Notes: generated from the sequence alone by a model not told the origin. A stretch of 64,000 nucleotides of DNA from Lingula anatina (GCA_051362555.1 CM120648.1:2910587-2974586); one strand, 5' to 3'. Positions 15,001 to 27,495 are shown, numbered from the stretch's first letter. Numbers and translations are program-made.

Positions 15001-16128
15001 AGCTGGTTTCACCGGCGACGGCACAGCGTGTGATGATGTAGATGAATGTGCCCTGGCCACAGATGATTGCGCTGAGAACGCCACATGCGCCAACACCGTG
15101 GGCAGTTTCACCTGCACCTGCCTAGCTGGTTTCACCGGCGACGGCACAGCGTGTGATGATGTAGATGAATGTGCCCTGGCCACAGATGATTGCGCTGAGA
15201 ACGCCACATGCGCCAACACCGTGGGCAGTTTCACCTGCACCTGCCTAGCTGGTTTCACCGGCGACGGCACAGCGTGTGATGATGTAGATGAATGTGCCCT
15301 GGCCACAGATGATTGCGCTGAGAACGCCACATGCGCCAACACCGTGGGCAGTTTCACCTGCACCTGCCTAGCTGGTTTCACCGGCGACGGCACAGCGTGT
15401 GATGATGTAGATGAATGTGCCCTGGCCACAGATGATTGCGCTGAGAACGCCACATGCGCCAACACCGTGGGCAGTTTCACCTGCACCTGCCTAGCTGGTT
15501 TCACCGGCGACGGCACAGCGTGTGATGATGTAGATGAATGTGCCCTGGCCACAGATGATTGCGCTGAGAACGCCACATGCGCCAACACCGTGGGCAGTTT
15601 CACCTGCACCTGCCTAGCTGGTTTCACCGGCGACGGCACAGCGTGTGATGATGTAGATGAATGTGCCCTGGCCACAGATGATTGCGCTGAGAACGCCACA
15701 TGCGCCAACACCGTGGGCAGTTTCACCTGCACCTGCCTAGCTGGTTTCACCGGCGACGGCACAGCGTGTGATGATGTAGATGAATGTGCCCTGGCCACAG
15801 ATGATTGCGCTGAGAACGCCACATGCGCCAACACCGTGGGCAGTTTCACCTGCACCTGCCTAGCTGGTTTCACCGGCGACGGCACAGCGTGTGATGATGT
15901 AGATGAATGTGCCCTGGCCACAGATGATTGCGCTGAGAACGCCACATGCGCCAACACCGTGGGCAGTTTCACCTGCACCTGCCTAGCTGGTTTCACCGGC
16001 GACGGCACAGCGTGTGATGATGTAGATGAATGTGCCCTGGCCACAGATGATTGCGCTGAGAACGCCACATGCGCCAACACCGTGGGCAGTTTCACCTGCA
16101 CCTGCCTAGCTGGTTTCACCGGCGACGG
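1..16128 (+). repeat. Coding tandem array, 123-bp unit x131 plus 16 bp; each unit is one 41-aa cbEGF domain
   Basis: Unit starts (gtttcaccg) at 1, 124, 246 and then every 123 bp to 16113. Translation DVDECALATDDCAENATCANTVGSFTCTCLAGFTGDGTACD is invariant in the ORF track. Confidence 0.99.
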
Positions 16129-17079
16129 TAATACATGTTCGGATTACCGCAGTACGTACGCCTTTTTTTCTGGAATTGGCAATTTTTTCAATGCTTCATT
16201 TTCAAATTTAAAGTTTGAAATAATTAACTAATCATCTTTGGAAATATGATATGCCATGGATTTATTGGTCACCATTTTTGATACACAAATTAAATGCATT
16301 ATTGGAACTTACATTACAGCTTGTCCTGGACCCCCCGGAACGGAATTTTGGCACGTCTCCGACGATGCACAGAAGTGTTATCAATTTTTCAATATCAGCT
16401 CTGGTTTGGACTTTTCTGCCGCAAGTATTTATTGTTCTGAGCAAGCCAGTGGGGCGACTTTAGCAATAATCCGCACTGCAGAGGAAAATGTTTTCGTTGA
16501 AAATCTTATCCCACCTGAGTAAGTTCTGATCCATACATCCTACCAAAGTTGTTTCAATCATTTAGCAGAGTGATCTCTGTTCATAAATATACACACCATG
16601 CGCCCCATGATATAAATGTTTCAAAAGTTAAACTGCAAAGGTAATTCAGCTTCTTTTAAACGTTTCTAATCATATTATACCGCTTAATTACTATGGCTTA
16701 AGCCAAATTAGTTTCGACGCGCATGAATGCATTACCGACACATTTGTTAGCATTATTGTCTTCTATTTATTATTCAGATGCTTTTCATTTTTGCAGCCCC
16801 CCATTTTTCCGCAGCTGGATAGGTTTGATAAAAGTGACTGGCACCACGTGGCAGTGGTTGGACGGGACCCCCACAACATACGTCAACTGGGACGGCGACG
16901 GGGGTGGCCTGCCACAGGACAAAGCCACGCGGCAATGCGGCTCCATAAACGATAAGAATTCTCAGTTGCGTTGGAAGGACCAACGGTGCGACGCGTTGGG
17001 GAACGTAATATGTGAGGTACGGCTAAGTCGGGTAAACAGAGGCATCGGTAGAGTGAGGTCTTATACAAGCCTAAACTAA
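1..17079 (+). CDS. Giant multi-EGF (calcium-binding) protein with C-terminal C-type lectin domain; 5'-partial
   Basis: Exons <1..16151 (EGF array ending GDGNTCSDYR, donor A|gtacgt), 16320..16518 (ag|CT, phase 1, CPGPPG..CYQFF..A..YC..GATLAII..AEEN) and 16815..17079 (phase 2, DWIGL..WQWLDG..NW..C..WKDQRC...ICE). Phases are compatible. The last exon may instead splice at GAG|gtacgg (17016). A 1-bp deletion near 132 breaks the frame in the assembly. Confidence 0.85.
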
Positions 17080-17482
17080 GACTGCGTTCCCATAAACCCA
17101 TCTCTCTAGCTGGTTCAGTCTAACTCTGCGGGGCCTCTCGCTAAAGTTCTTTCAGTGTAATCAGCTTTATTGTCTGCCACACCCCCTTGAGGAACAAGGG
17201 GGTCATTGACTATCGTTAATGATCCCCTAGCAGCTTGAGCAGCAGTGCTGCGCTCTCAAACTCCTGTTATACCGGTGTGGCAGGAAAGGTTGTATGCTTG
17301 GAACCACAGTCCGGTCCCCCATTATATGGTACAGTTCACAATCGCCCCATATACTAACCTCAATCCTCAGACTAACCTCAACCTGTGTTATTGGTGTGGG
17401 AACCCAGACGTCCACTCCTAGGACTGCCATTCCTGGCTTTTGATCACTTGGGGAACGAGGTCTGGGCCACTCTCACGTCCCA

Positions 17483-17589
17483 CCCAGCAACACGTCACGT
17501 CGGGATCACGTGGCCAGGACGTTGCTACCACATTATGACGTCGTAGAGACGGGTTGGCCACGTGTTACCAACATGACGTGTTTGCTGGG
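17483..17589. mobile_element. Miniature inverted-repeat element with CCCAG termini (EnSpm/CACTA-like)
   Basis: cccagcaacacgtca...tgacgtgtttgctggg, palindromic interior, flanked by 2-bp direct repeat ca/ca. Confidence 0.65.
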
Positions 17590-18164
17590 CAGCCTTTGTT
17601 CACTAAGCCTGGTGAAATAACGACCTAGTCCAACCCGCAATTAAATAACAGATATAATTTTGGTGTGATAATAGCGTTATATCTTTTTCTTGCCATAATA
17701 TATATAAATTTGACCATGTAATCATTTGAAACCATACCCTTTCCAAAACTTAAATAAGTGCCTAGAAATAAATTGTTCAAAATCACCCCCCCCCCTCCGC
17801 CCTCGAGATGCCATAGTCCACTTAACAATCAAGTTTTACTAACAGATTAAAGAAGACACTTCAGAAGTAAAAAAAAAAACTTTCCATTCTTTCAGATAAC
17901 TCTTCAAAGTTCGTCACAGTCCGAGTCCTCGTTGAATCAATTTTCGGGAAACATTGGAAAACTGATTCGAAGGCGCCGTGGCACTCGACAGCCGTCTCCT
18001 GACCGCGTGCCTGGATTGCTACAATTGCTGAGCAACAGATGGAAATAACACTGAGCAAGCTACCACAGCCGTTACGGAGACTGAATAACGTAATTCTAAT
18101 GCTGACGGCATGCGCATATGCAATGATATTTACAGTCACCGACTTAACATCGCATTGGAAGGCG

Positions 18165-18300
18165 AAATTGGGATTGTATTTCGCGTCAGTAGGATTATAT
18201 TTGGCGTTGGCGTCAGTAGGATTGTATCTGGCGTTGGCGTCAATGGAATTGTATATGGCGTTATTAGGATTATGTTCCACGTCAGTAGGATTGTTTATTC
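18165..18300. repeat. Degenerate ~27-bp minisatellite
   Basis: Repeated gtcagtaggatt(a/g)tat(t/c)tggcgttggc units. Confidence 0.7.
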
Positions 18301-18535
18301 CAGTGTTATTTCAAAAATCAGTAGGAAGTTATTTTTTATTATTTTTTTCTCTAACACGCAGATGCCAAGCGTACCGCAGCACAGACGAGTAATGTGGACG
18401 TGTGGTTAATTAACACAGTATTATATTTTGTTTACCCTTGTCTTAATCGATGTTGATGGATGCTCTGTGCCAGTCGGACTGGTGTAAATATGACTTTTTT
18501 ATAATGATGTTCTTATTATATAACTATATCGACTA

Positions 18536-19089
18536 ATACCCCGTTCACACTACGCTCAGTTATCCGGATAAATTGCGAATTAGGTCACAATTCGAATAAA
18601 TGCAGTAGTGTGAACGCAAGAGGATTTTTGCAATGCGCATTTTCAAAATCCTGCAAGCGAGGTGGATTTCTAAGCGCGATCCGGATAACTTACCGGAATC
18701 GACACCTGTACAGATGTAACTGCGCATGTGTGCAGTTAAGTGCGGGTACCTATGAACGCTTGTTTATTACTTTAGCGATTGCACCAAACGTATTTGGAGG
18801 TCACCACTCACTACAACATGAGGAAACAAACTTATTTTGCCATCTTATACTTCTCAAGAATGCTGGAATGTCTTTAGAGTTGCATTTGTCGTCACAAATT
18901 TTTGTTGGTATTTTAAGATTTCATGTGCAGCGCATGCGCGAGTGTTCAAACAGGAAGTTAAACCTGAAATTTTCAACGTGTAATTCGGTTTCGCTTAGCG
19001 TGTGTGAACGCAATACCGAATCGAATTCCTCACGAAAAATTCGGATTATTGAAATGCGCATTTTTGCAACTGTAGTGTGAATGGGGTAT
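18536..19089. mobile_element. MITE (non-autonomous DNA transposon, possibly Harbinger-like)
   Basis: Terminal inverted repeats ataccccgttcacactac / gtagtgtgaatggggtat (1 mismatch), TA on both flanks, internal repeats of gtgtgaacgcaa and aatgcgcatttt. Confidence 0.75.
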
Positions 19090-20419
19090 TAGTGAAAGGC
19101 AGCCACTCACCTCAACTATAACCGTCAGAAGAAGCCTGTCATATAACAATTAATTGTGTAGAAACAAGGAAAGCTTCCTCTAATTAGATATGTTAATTTA
19201 TATAACTTTTGCCTTTTCTTGCAAATTTAGCAAATTAAATGCAAAATAAAACATTTAATTATTCCACTAAGATTAGGTTGAATATCTATGACAGACCAAG
19301 AAAAAAAAAACATCTCATGGTGGCTTGATGGGTCTAAGTTAAAGACGGTTGGATTGAATACCCTAGGTCGTAGGTTCACATTTGCATTATAGTTACATGT
19401 AGGCGTTAGATTAAGGAATCGTGGTTAGAGCTGGCGTATCAAACAGTCAGCTGAGGTCTGTTAAAATATTGTGCATATTAAAATGTTTAAGCGACAACAT
19501 TTTGAAAATGTTATCCAAATGTTATGTATAAAGTTTTCAACATAACGTTTAAGGAACGTTATAAAGATCTTTGAATAAAATTATTGAAAAGTTATGCAGA
19601 AATGTTACAGTGTCTACCTTTTTGAAATGTTTTTAAAATGCTATGCGTTAGCTGGGCTCATTAGCAGACTTTTACATTCATTTTGGTTCCTGTAACGCAA
19701 ATAATAATAATAGCCTAATAATAATAATAATAATAATAATAAGCCAGGTTCTGAGGTCTTGGATCGCATTCACAACGAGTTGAGTCATGGCTTTACAAAT
19801 CCTGGAACTAAATATGGCAGACGTACATGAAAAAAAAAACCCGCCTAATCTTTTAATAGTCTCTCCGCCTCTCACACGCCTCCCCATGCGTCGTTCCTGC
19901 GGGGGTACAGTCATTAAATCTCGGCTCCATCGGGACGACAAATAGGGAGGCGATTGCACTATTTTACAATTATTTTTAAGTCTCTCTCTCTCTCTTTCTC
20001 TCTCTGTATATACCGGGTACACATATGAACCAAATTACCAGACATATGACCATGGCCACAGTCGAACCCAGGAAAACCAGCTGTTTTATATTAAATACTA
20101 AGAGGCTCATTTCTACGCAAACATACGTTTCTATATATGATATTACCTGATTAGATGGGAGTCGGACGTTTGGACTCGCAGCGCATGCTTATTAAAAGAA
20201 GTAATACTGTGGTTCTATTGCGTCAATTGTGGTAGTGATGCAAGCAACCGGCACACACGCTGACATCAATACTAATCATCAGTAGAGTCCTGGGCATTGA
20301 ATATGCAAGAAGCATGTGTGCCATAATTATACCTATACAGAGTTATATTTATATTCAATAAAGCTTGGAAACCTCGTCATTCCAAATCTCCACAACATCG
20401 TGTTCAAATTAATTTGACC

Positions 20420-20490
20420 GCACCAATCGTAAACGTTCACCCAGTCATCCGCCGGATTCGTGCATTCATATAAGCAACGCGTAACGTATC
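20420..20490. repeat. Dispersed repeat, second copy at ~32846-32910
   Basis: gcaccaatcgtaaacgttcacccagtcatccgccggattcgtg vs gcaccaatcacaaacgttcacccagttatccaccggatttgtg. Confidence 0.7.
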
Positions 20491-23142
20491 AGCTACATGT
20501 AAACGAATAAAACGACCAGTCTAACGTCTGTCATTAGTGTTGTACCGGTACATTTACCAAAGTTTTGAAGCAATTTCCCAGTTTAATTTAAAGAGCTCTT
20601 CTTCCAAAACGCTTTGTCTTGTGCACACACCTTCCGTTTGCCCTTCCTCAAAACGTACAAAAAAAAAAGGTGACGTACGCGTCAGAAATGTCAGTCTCAC
20701 TGTCTGCACCGTGTACCCAGCACATTATGTTAATTGGATCTTGGTCCGCACGCAGAGCAACCCGCTTTACCTGTGGTCCGAGACACCTAATCATTTGACA
20801 CCGCGCAATTAAACGACATTTGCAATTGGCCAGCATATCCAATAACTGAGGATGATACTACTTACACACATGCTAACAGAACCCAAAAGGCAGGAAAAAT
20901 TGCACACTCTCTGAAACATCTTCAGAAACAGATCAACACAGCAGTCGAAAAAATTAGCATCATTATGCAAAGGAAAAGGAGAGCGAAAGTGGCATCATTT
21001 CAATGCATTTAAACAAGGCAAGGTAATGGAAATAAAAGCCCAATAAATTTTACTGCAACTGGAGTACACAGCGCGTAGGAAAAAAAATGGGATAAAAATT
21101 GTCGAAGCACCGCAGGCGGCAGAAGTGTATCAAGAAGGACAAGGCTTTACCGGTGGCGTTTTAAGAAGACCTCTCTCTGAAATGAAATCTATAATCACAA
21201 GGCAATGAGCGAGGGCCGTAATAAGCCTTAGCCAAGCAGCGAAAGTGGAGACAGAACTTCGTCTGGCATGCATGATCATCATAAAGACAGCTCTTGACAA
21301 CACGAAAAACGCGAGAAATCGTACCCACGCTGAAAGAGAGCAAAATTTGGATTGGGGAGGGAGAGACAGTGACCAAACCGCCACCGTTGCCCAATCATCG
21401 ACGGATTTAGTAAGACATGCTTTCACATATGAAGCATTTTTAAGAGATAGGAGACCCTAACTACGATGATCCAGTACGAAGGTATTGTTTTTCTTCTTTG
21501 CTGATAAAATCGATAGTAAGTCTTTAAAAAAGAAAGAAAGAAAAATACTGGCACCGCAATGTAGCACTTATTGTGATGTTTAAAACGGCGTTGAAAGCTG
21601 CTCAGGTCAGGGAGAACTGTTAAGAATCGACACCACAGGTTTCACACTGAAATCACTGCTGTTTCGTCATCAGCTCGAATCAGAAAAATTCATCCCAGTG
21701 CATTTTATGCGGCAGCTTTACCTCATAACACGGTAACATATTTCTGCACTTATGAGGAAAAAATCCTAACATATCGTTTCTCCTTCATTGCTTTTTGGGT
21801 GATGGCACGTTTAAAGAAAGTGATATAAAATCTATAGAAAGACTTTCTTTATTACATATGTTTCATATCGCGAATTGCCTGCAGACAACTTCCATTCTTA
21901 TCCAAGACCTGGCTCACGTAGGCCAACATGCGACGTCATTTTTAATACATTACAGCATGTTATTTCTACACGTATTGTGTAATGAATTTTTTTTCTGATA
22001 TGGTACTTGTTACGGACCGAAGCAGCCCGAACATAAAAAAACACAAACAACGAATATATTATAAACAGCTAACATACACTACATACACTAACTAATACTA
22101 ACATGCTGCAAAAACTTTAACATTTGTCAATACCCTGTGCAGTTAAATTCTAATAGGTTCGTAGACAGTTTTAAAGCACAATGTCACAGTTTTCAGAGTC
22201 CCAGTCTGGTGAACGATCCTCCCGATAGTGTGCCTCTCTGTCACTAAATGAGTGTTGTGCTCCTAGGAGAATTCTGTACTCTTGGGCCATCATATTGCGT
22301 CGTAACTTGTGTAAGACGTGATCCTATTTCACTGTCTGTCAATCCGCACGTGCTACGGTATTGCGCACTTGTAAGTCACTGTCACGAGGTTTGTTCACCT
22401 CTGTTGCTCAATGCAACATACAAATATGCTTTACCAATGCATTCACGGAATCGTGCAACTGTCCCATGGCTTTTTGGCATTGCCCATCACAAAGTACAGT
22501 TAATAAAGTACAGTTCTTGTACTGTAAAAGTGTTACACACTGTCCACACTCACGTTTTGCATCAGTTCATGTTCTCCGGAGTCTCGCACTTTATAGCAGT
22601 CCCGCACTTCATTTACATTATACAAGTATGCAGGCACATACGGTAATTATTCATATAAATTAAACAACATAAATTAGCTTAACTAAAATAATAAACACAA
22701 CAACGTCACATACTGCAACAACTCCTTCATGCACATACAAAAAAAAATCTAAGTAGGCTACCAGCTACAAATTTGAATACCCAGATAACGTTCAAAAATA
22801 AAACTAAGATTCCCTTCAATAAACTAATTTAAATTAAAACTAAAAGCCACAATTCCAGATTTATATTTGTTATGCCAGCCTATTCGGCTATGGTCACTTT
22901 TGTTCTAACAACACTTAACAAACTAACACTCCAAAACTAAGTTTCCACGCAAAATTCACTTTGTACAACTTAGTTCTCAATATTCATATATTTACAAGTA
23001 GCCTACATTAAACATATTATATGCACTACTGCATCGAATGAATTGTACTAAAAAGCAGTAAAGATAGATTTTGGAGTTTGACACTTTTTACAAAAGCATA
23101 CTGTTTGTAAGTAATTTTGGAATGTTACAATTCCAAATTCAC

Positions 23143-23601
23143 ACAAAAGCTTGCAAAGAGTGCTGACCCCCGACAAAACAAATAACTGAATAACAAATAA
23201 CTATGGAGTACTAATAAATTTAAGGTTAATCAACCTATAATTAACCATTAATTAGTAAGTGGAGCATCACCAAAATGTAATAATTTCTTTCCTCTTTATT
23301 TGTAACCTATCCTTAAAAATTAATTTTGAAATAATTAATATATAATTAATTAATGAATTACCACCAAAATCCAATAACTACTTCTTAGGCCCATTTGTCG
23401 CCTACCTTGAAAATTTCATCAAAGCTCCGTTCATCACGTTTAGACGGAAATGAACTAAGCATCAATAATAAATCGATTAACTAACGGGCCATCACCACAA
23501 CCGAATCATATATTCCTTGAACTATTTCTGACCTATTTTGAAAATTCATCAAAATCCGTCCACCACTTTTTGACTTGAATAACTACTTATAAATAAATGA
23601 A

Positions 23602-23633
<32 letters not shown>

Positions 23634-23790
23634 GTATCATCACCAAAATATAAACAGTTCTTTCTAGGTTCATTTGTAACATATTCTAAAATTTTCATCA
23701 AAATCCGTTCATTAACTTTTGCGTAAACCTGCTAACAGTCAAACAACCGAAAGAACGAACGGTAACCAAAACAATACACTGCCAAAAATA
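23143..23790 (+). mobile_element. Degenerate DINE-1/HINE-like non-autonomous element with internal tandem modules
   Basis: Repeated catcaccaaaat...aaaatttcatcaaaatccgttc modules. Shares aaaagc..agagtgc.gacc start and module sequence with the copy at ~61798-62020. Confidence 0.5.
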
Positions 23791-23907
23791 ATAACCAAAA
23801 TGTAATAATCCATGGTATACCTGTAATTGTTCCAAAGAGGCCATATTTTTGTATATTTTACATGCATAAATATATATGCATTCAATGTAATTGGAAATAT
23901 CAACATT

Positions 23908-24192
23908 CTATTTTTCCAAATAACAACACACTTTCACTTTCCCTTTGCCTTCTGTTACGACCGGATCTCCATCCTGGTTGATGGTACATGCCTATTGGTC
24001 ACATAGTCCATCATCTTTGGTTGCTGTGTACTGGATGAACTTCCCATCTGGGGATACACGGTGTATGCAGTGGTTATCGGTATCTGTGAGCAGTATATTG
24101 TCATATGCATCAACACAGACACCATGGGGGCGACCTAACTTGTTACCAGGTTATGTATACTGATACAGTGGTTCACCAGCTGCGGACAGGAT
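23908..24192 (-). pseudogene. TRIM-NHL C-terminal (NHL) pseudogene fragment
   Basis: Aligns by eye with 25438-25722 of the intact paralog. The Trp codon of DPWAC is TAG here (DQ*AC). Homology stops abruptly at ~24192 and no RING/B-box part is present. Confidence 0.85.
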
Positions 24193-24209
24193 TTCCAACA
24201 AATTTTGAA

Positions 24210-25437
24210 TGGTCTAGAACCCGTCATATTTTGCTAAAACCCCATTCTTTTTAATCAGGCAGAATATCAACTGGGACAAAATATAGTGGTACGTGTACTG
24301 TTGCTCAGAATGGTTGTCAAAATAACAGCCAAACCACCTACATTTTCCAAACAGAAGAGAAAGGACGCCAAGGCCCATAGATCCATGCTTCGTGTTCAAA
24401 ATACTCTAAATTCTCAAGTCAATTCTGTAATGTTTATTTTTTCTTTGCAAACTAGAATGGCAAGCTTTACTCCAGCCTCCCCGAACTCACATATATATCA
24501 GATTTCTCAGAGTACAATCCCTCCTTAGGTGACTATTATACCACTCAATACAATGTCTCTCCAAAACGAAAATCAGATTTATAATAGCGACCCAGATATT
24601 GATAGGAACGGACGTACCTGAATAGTCATCACGGTTTATTTTATTTATGTATTTTAATTATTTTGATATTGTTGTAGATTATGTTTATTTTAATGAACAA
24701 TTTATAATTTTTTTATTGTACAATTTAAAATAAGAGGAATATGAGTATATAATTATTACGTAAAGGAGAAGCCAAATGAACGCTGGGATTTGTTTTTGAT
24801 AATCGCGTCAAGGAAGTACAAAATAATTTTTAAAATAAAACAATCCTTTTTAAATTTGTCTATCATCCATCAAGAAAAAGAAAACATTTTCTATCATAAA
24901 TACTGAACGATACACGATTTATGTTTAATTTAAAATGCGTTTGTCTTACAATACAACAACACGAAAAATACATTCGGGGTGGCTCACTTTTTACTGAAAC
25001 TCCAATATCAAGGGTATTATTTTCAAAACATAGATATTATAAAGAAAAGATCTGAAATTAAAATCCACCATTCAAATTCACCTTTTTCGGACCAGTTTTT
25101 TATCATGGTTGACTGTAAATAATTTAATCTTTGTTATTATATAACTCAATCATCTTCATTCATATCGACAAACATATAAAAGACATACATTGTAAAACTA
25201 TGTCAAAATATGAAATCAGAAAAAGCAAGCATAGGTTGTCAGACTTGTGAATATATTCATAAAACCATACTGTTTGACAGTTATATTCGAGTGCTATTAA
25301 TACAAAATTCCATGGAGAAACTTATCATGTTCTATTTAAAATGAATTTTTGGCACATTTCAAACAGTTCATAATGTCCATGGATTTTTTATATCTTAATA
25401 TATCATTATTATTATTATTTATTAAGTCAATTTAAAT
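24210..25437. repeat. Duplicated 3' flank of TRIM genes (paralogous to ~28219-29130)
   Basis: ggtctagaacccgtcatattttgctaaaacccc at ~24211 and ~28219; continuous similarity 24783-25437 vs 28473-29130. Confidence 0.9.
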
Positions 25438-27495
25438 CTAATTTTTCAAATAACGATAGACTTTTAATTTTCCGTCGTGTTCGGTTACTACAAGATCTCC
25501 ACCCTGGTTGATGGTGCATGCCCATGGGTCGCACAGTCCATCAGCTTTGGTTACTATGTACCGGATGAACTTCCCATCTCGGGATACAAGGTGTATGCAG
25601 TGGTTATCAATATCTGTGACCAGTATGTTGTCATATGCATCAACACAGACCCCATGGGGTGAACCTAGATTATTATCAGGTCCTGTGTACTGATACAGTG
25701 GTTCACCAGCTGGGGACAGGATATGGACTTTCTTTGCTTTATCATCACAGGCAATAATACAACCGTTTTTCATATATGCCACCTTATATGGTTCATCGAA
25801 TATTGGTGTCCCATTGTAAGAATTTATTTCATGATCAGCAGTCAATGCTATTCTTTCTCTGTCAATGTCGTACAAACGTATCGCCCTTGCCGTCCCCAGA
25901 CGTGCAACAGCAACCTCCGAATAATTGTCGTTGAGAGCCACACCCCATGGTTCCTGGACACAAGTCGTTTGGAGCACTTCCCATTGTGATGACAACATAA
26001 AAAGCTTGTTATTGCCATTATCAGACACAATCATTCTGCCATCAGGGAAGTGACATATTCCTACAGGGAACTGTAGTTTGGTACCTGAAACACTGGTAAT
26101 GGATGTCTTAAATGTGCCATCTGAACTAAACACATTCAGTTTGGCTTCTGTGTCATAAACGGTGACATACTCTCCAGTTGGACTAATTGAAATGTCCCCT
26201 GGTCTGTAACAGCCAGTGTCAAACTCCAGAACGCACTCAACCTTGGACTTAAATGTTGGTTTGACTTGTGGAACAGGGACCATTGATGGGGAGTTTGAAG
26301 GCTGTTCATCATCTTCACCAGTGGGCTCGGGGGTGCACTCCTGAGATAGGCGATTCTCTCTCAATTCTTCATAGATTTTTCCAAGGGCAGCTCCACCCGA
26401 TATATCTTGGTCAACATCTTGGTTGGTTTTAAATGTGAGTTCATATTCTTTGGGTATTTCGGTTACGACTGTTGTGTGCTGTAGCTCGTCTATTCTATTT
26501 CTTAACTGGTGCTCTAACATGAGGACCTCTAACGGGACACCTCGTTTCAGAGTATTTCTCACAGCATTTACATCACTCTTAATCCTGGAAGATAAGCCGC
26601 TGAAATGATCGTGGAACATATTTAAGTTTTTCATCTCAGCTAAAAAGATTCCATCTACTTCTTCAAGATGGGCTTTTTCTTTTTGGCGCACTAACTGACA
26701 AAGGTTATCTGCTCTTTGTGAAATTTCAACCTTAATGGATTTTTTGTTTTCCTGGAAGGATAAACTTATTTCATCCACTATCCCCATTGCCTCTTGTATT
26801 ATAACGTCTTCTGTCTCCAGTTCTTCTAATCTTGACTGTAGTTGACAGCTGGCATTTTCAGAAGCTGTTGACAAAGTTATCACCTTGTGATCATCGTGAC
26901 TTAAGATCTTACAATCACGACAGACGGGTTTCTCGCATTTCACACAGTAGTACCGAAGTGGTTCGTCCTTGTGTTCAGGACAGAAAATAACCTGCTGTTC
27001 TTGTATTATCTTTTGGTACTTCTCACTTTGTATTTGTTGAAAAGTGAGGACCTTATGGTCTTTGGTGAACCTGGTACTGCAGTGTAACTTAGAGCACTTT
27101 TCACACAAGTAGTCATGGCAGGTGATACATTTAGATGTGGCAACAGTTTCGGTTTCAGACGCCAAGGCACAAAAGCTGCACTTTGCCTTTTTGGTTGGTT
27201 TAAGCACAGTGTCCTGCAAGCTTTCAACAAAGAAATTATGTTTAAAGCCCTCCAGTCCATTCTCAGGCACTTCTATTTCTCGCTGACAAACCGGGCATGA
27301 GAACTTACTTCCTGGTTTTAAATCAGAAATTAAAGTCGACAGACACCCTTTACAAAATGTATGCTGACATGGCAAATCTGTTGGGTCCGTGTACTCCACA
27401 AGACATATAGGACAATTCACAAAGTTTTCAGTTATCACACTTCTTAGACTTCTTTCATTATCTTCTACCTCACATTCCGGAGCAGCTGTCGCCAT
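25438..27495 (-). CDS. TRIM-NHL E3 ubiquitin ligase (RING, 2 B-box, coiled coil, NHL repeats; TRIM2/3/56/71-like), intronless CDS
   Basis: ATG at 27495 (MATAA, 685 aa). RING CPIC..LPCQHTFCKGC..CPVC; B-box1 CSFC..CITC..LCEKC..H; B-box2 CPEH..YYCVKC..CRDC..H..H; NHL repeats (FPVGIC, EPWGVA, PHGVCVD, DPWACT). Confidence 0.95.
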   Translation of the reverse strand: MATAAPECEVEDNERSLRSVITENFVNCPICLVEYTDPTDLPCQHTFCKGCLSTLISDLKPGSKFSCPVCQREIEVPENGLEGFKHNFFVESLQDTVLKPTKKAKCSFCALASETETVATSKCITCHDYLCEKCSKLHCSTRFTKDHKVLTFQQIQSEKYQKIIQEQQVIFCPEHKDEPLRYYCVKCEKPVCRDCKILSHDDHKVITLSTASENASCQLQSRLEELETEDVIIQEAMGIVDEISLSFQENKKSIKVEISQRADNLCQLVRQKEKAHLEEVDGIFLAEMKNLNMFHDHFSGLSSRIKSDVNAVRNTLKRGVPLEVLMLEHQLRNRIDELQHTTVVTEIPKEYELTFKTNQDVDQDISGGAALGKIYEELRENRLSQECTPEPTGEDDEQPSNSPSMVPVPQVKPTFKSKVECVLEFDTGCYRPGDISISPTGEYVTVYDTEAKLNVFSSDGTFKTSITSVSGTKLQFPVGICHFPDGRMIVSDNGNNKLFMLSSQWEVLQTTCVQEPWGVALNDNYSEVAVARLGTARAIRLYDIDRERIALTADHEINSYNGTPIFDEPYKVAYMKNGCIIACDDKAKKVHILSPAGEPLYQYTGPDNNLGSPHGVCVDAYDNILVTDIDNHCIHLVSRDGKFIRYIVTKADGLCDPWACTINQGGDLVVTEHDGKLKVYRYLKN

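Noticed and set aside
127-16119. 5330-aa antisense ORF
   Set aside because: Shadow of the repeat: one stop-free 123-bp unit stays open indefinitely. It has no domain signature, whereas the sense frame is a canonical cbEGF.
1-16128. CRISPR array or non-coding satellite
   Set aside because: No spacers; the unit is a multiple of 3, encodes a complete EGF and splices to lectin exons
20850-22700. Possible gene or LTR-element remnant (short ORFs, tgttacgg start at ~22008)
   Set aside because: No recognisable domain, paired LTR or consistent splice pattern could be supported by eye
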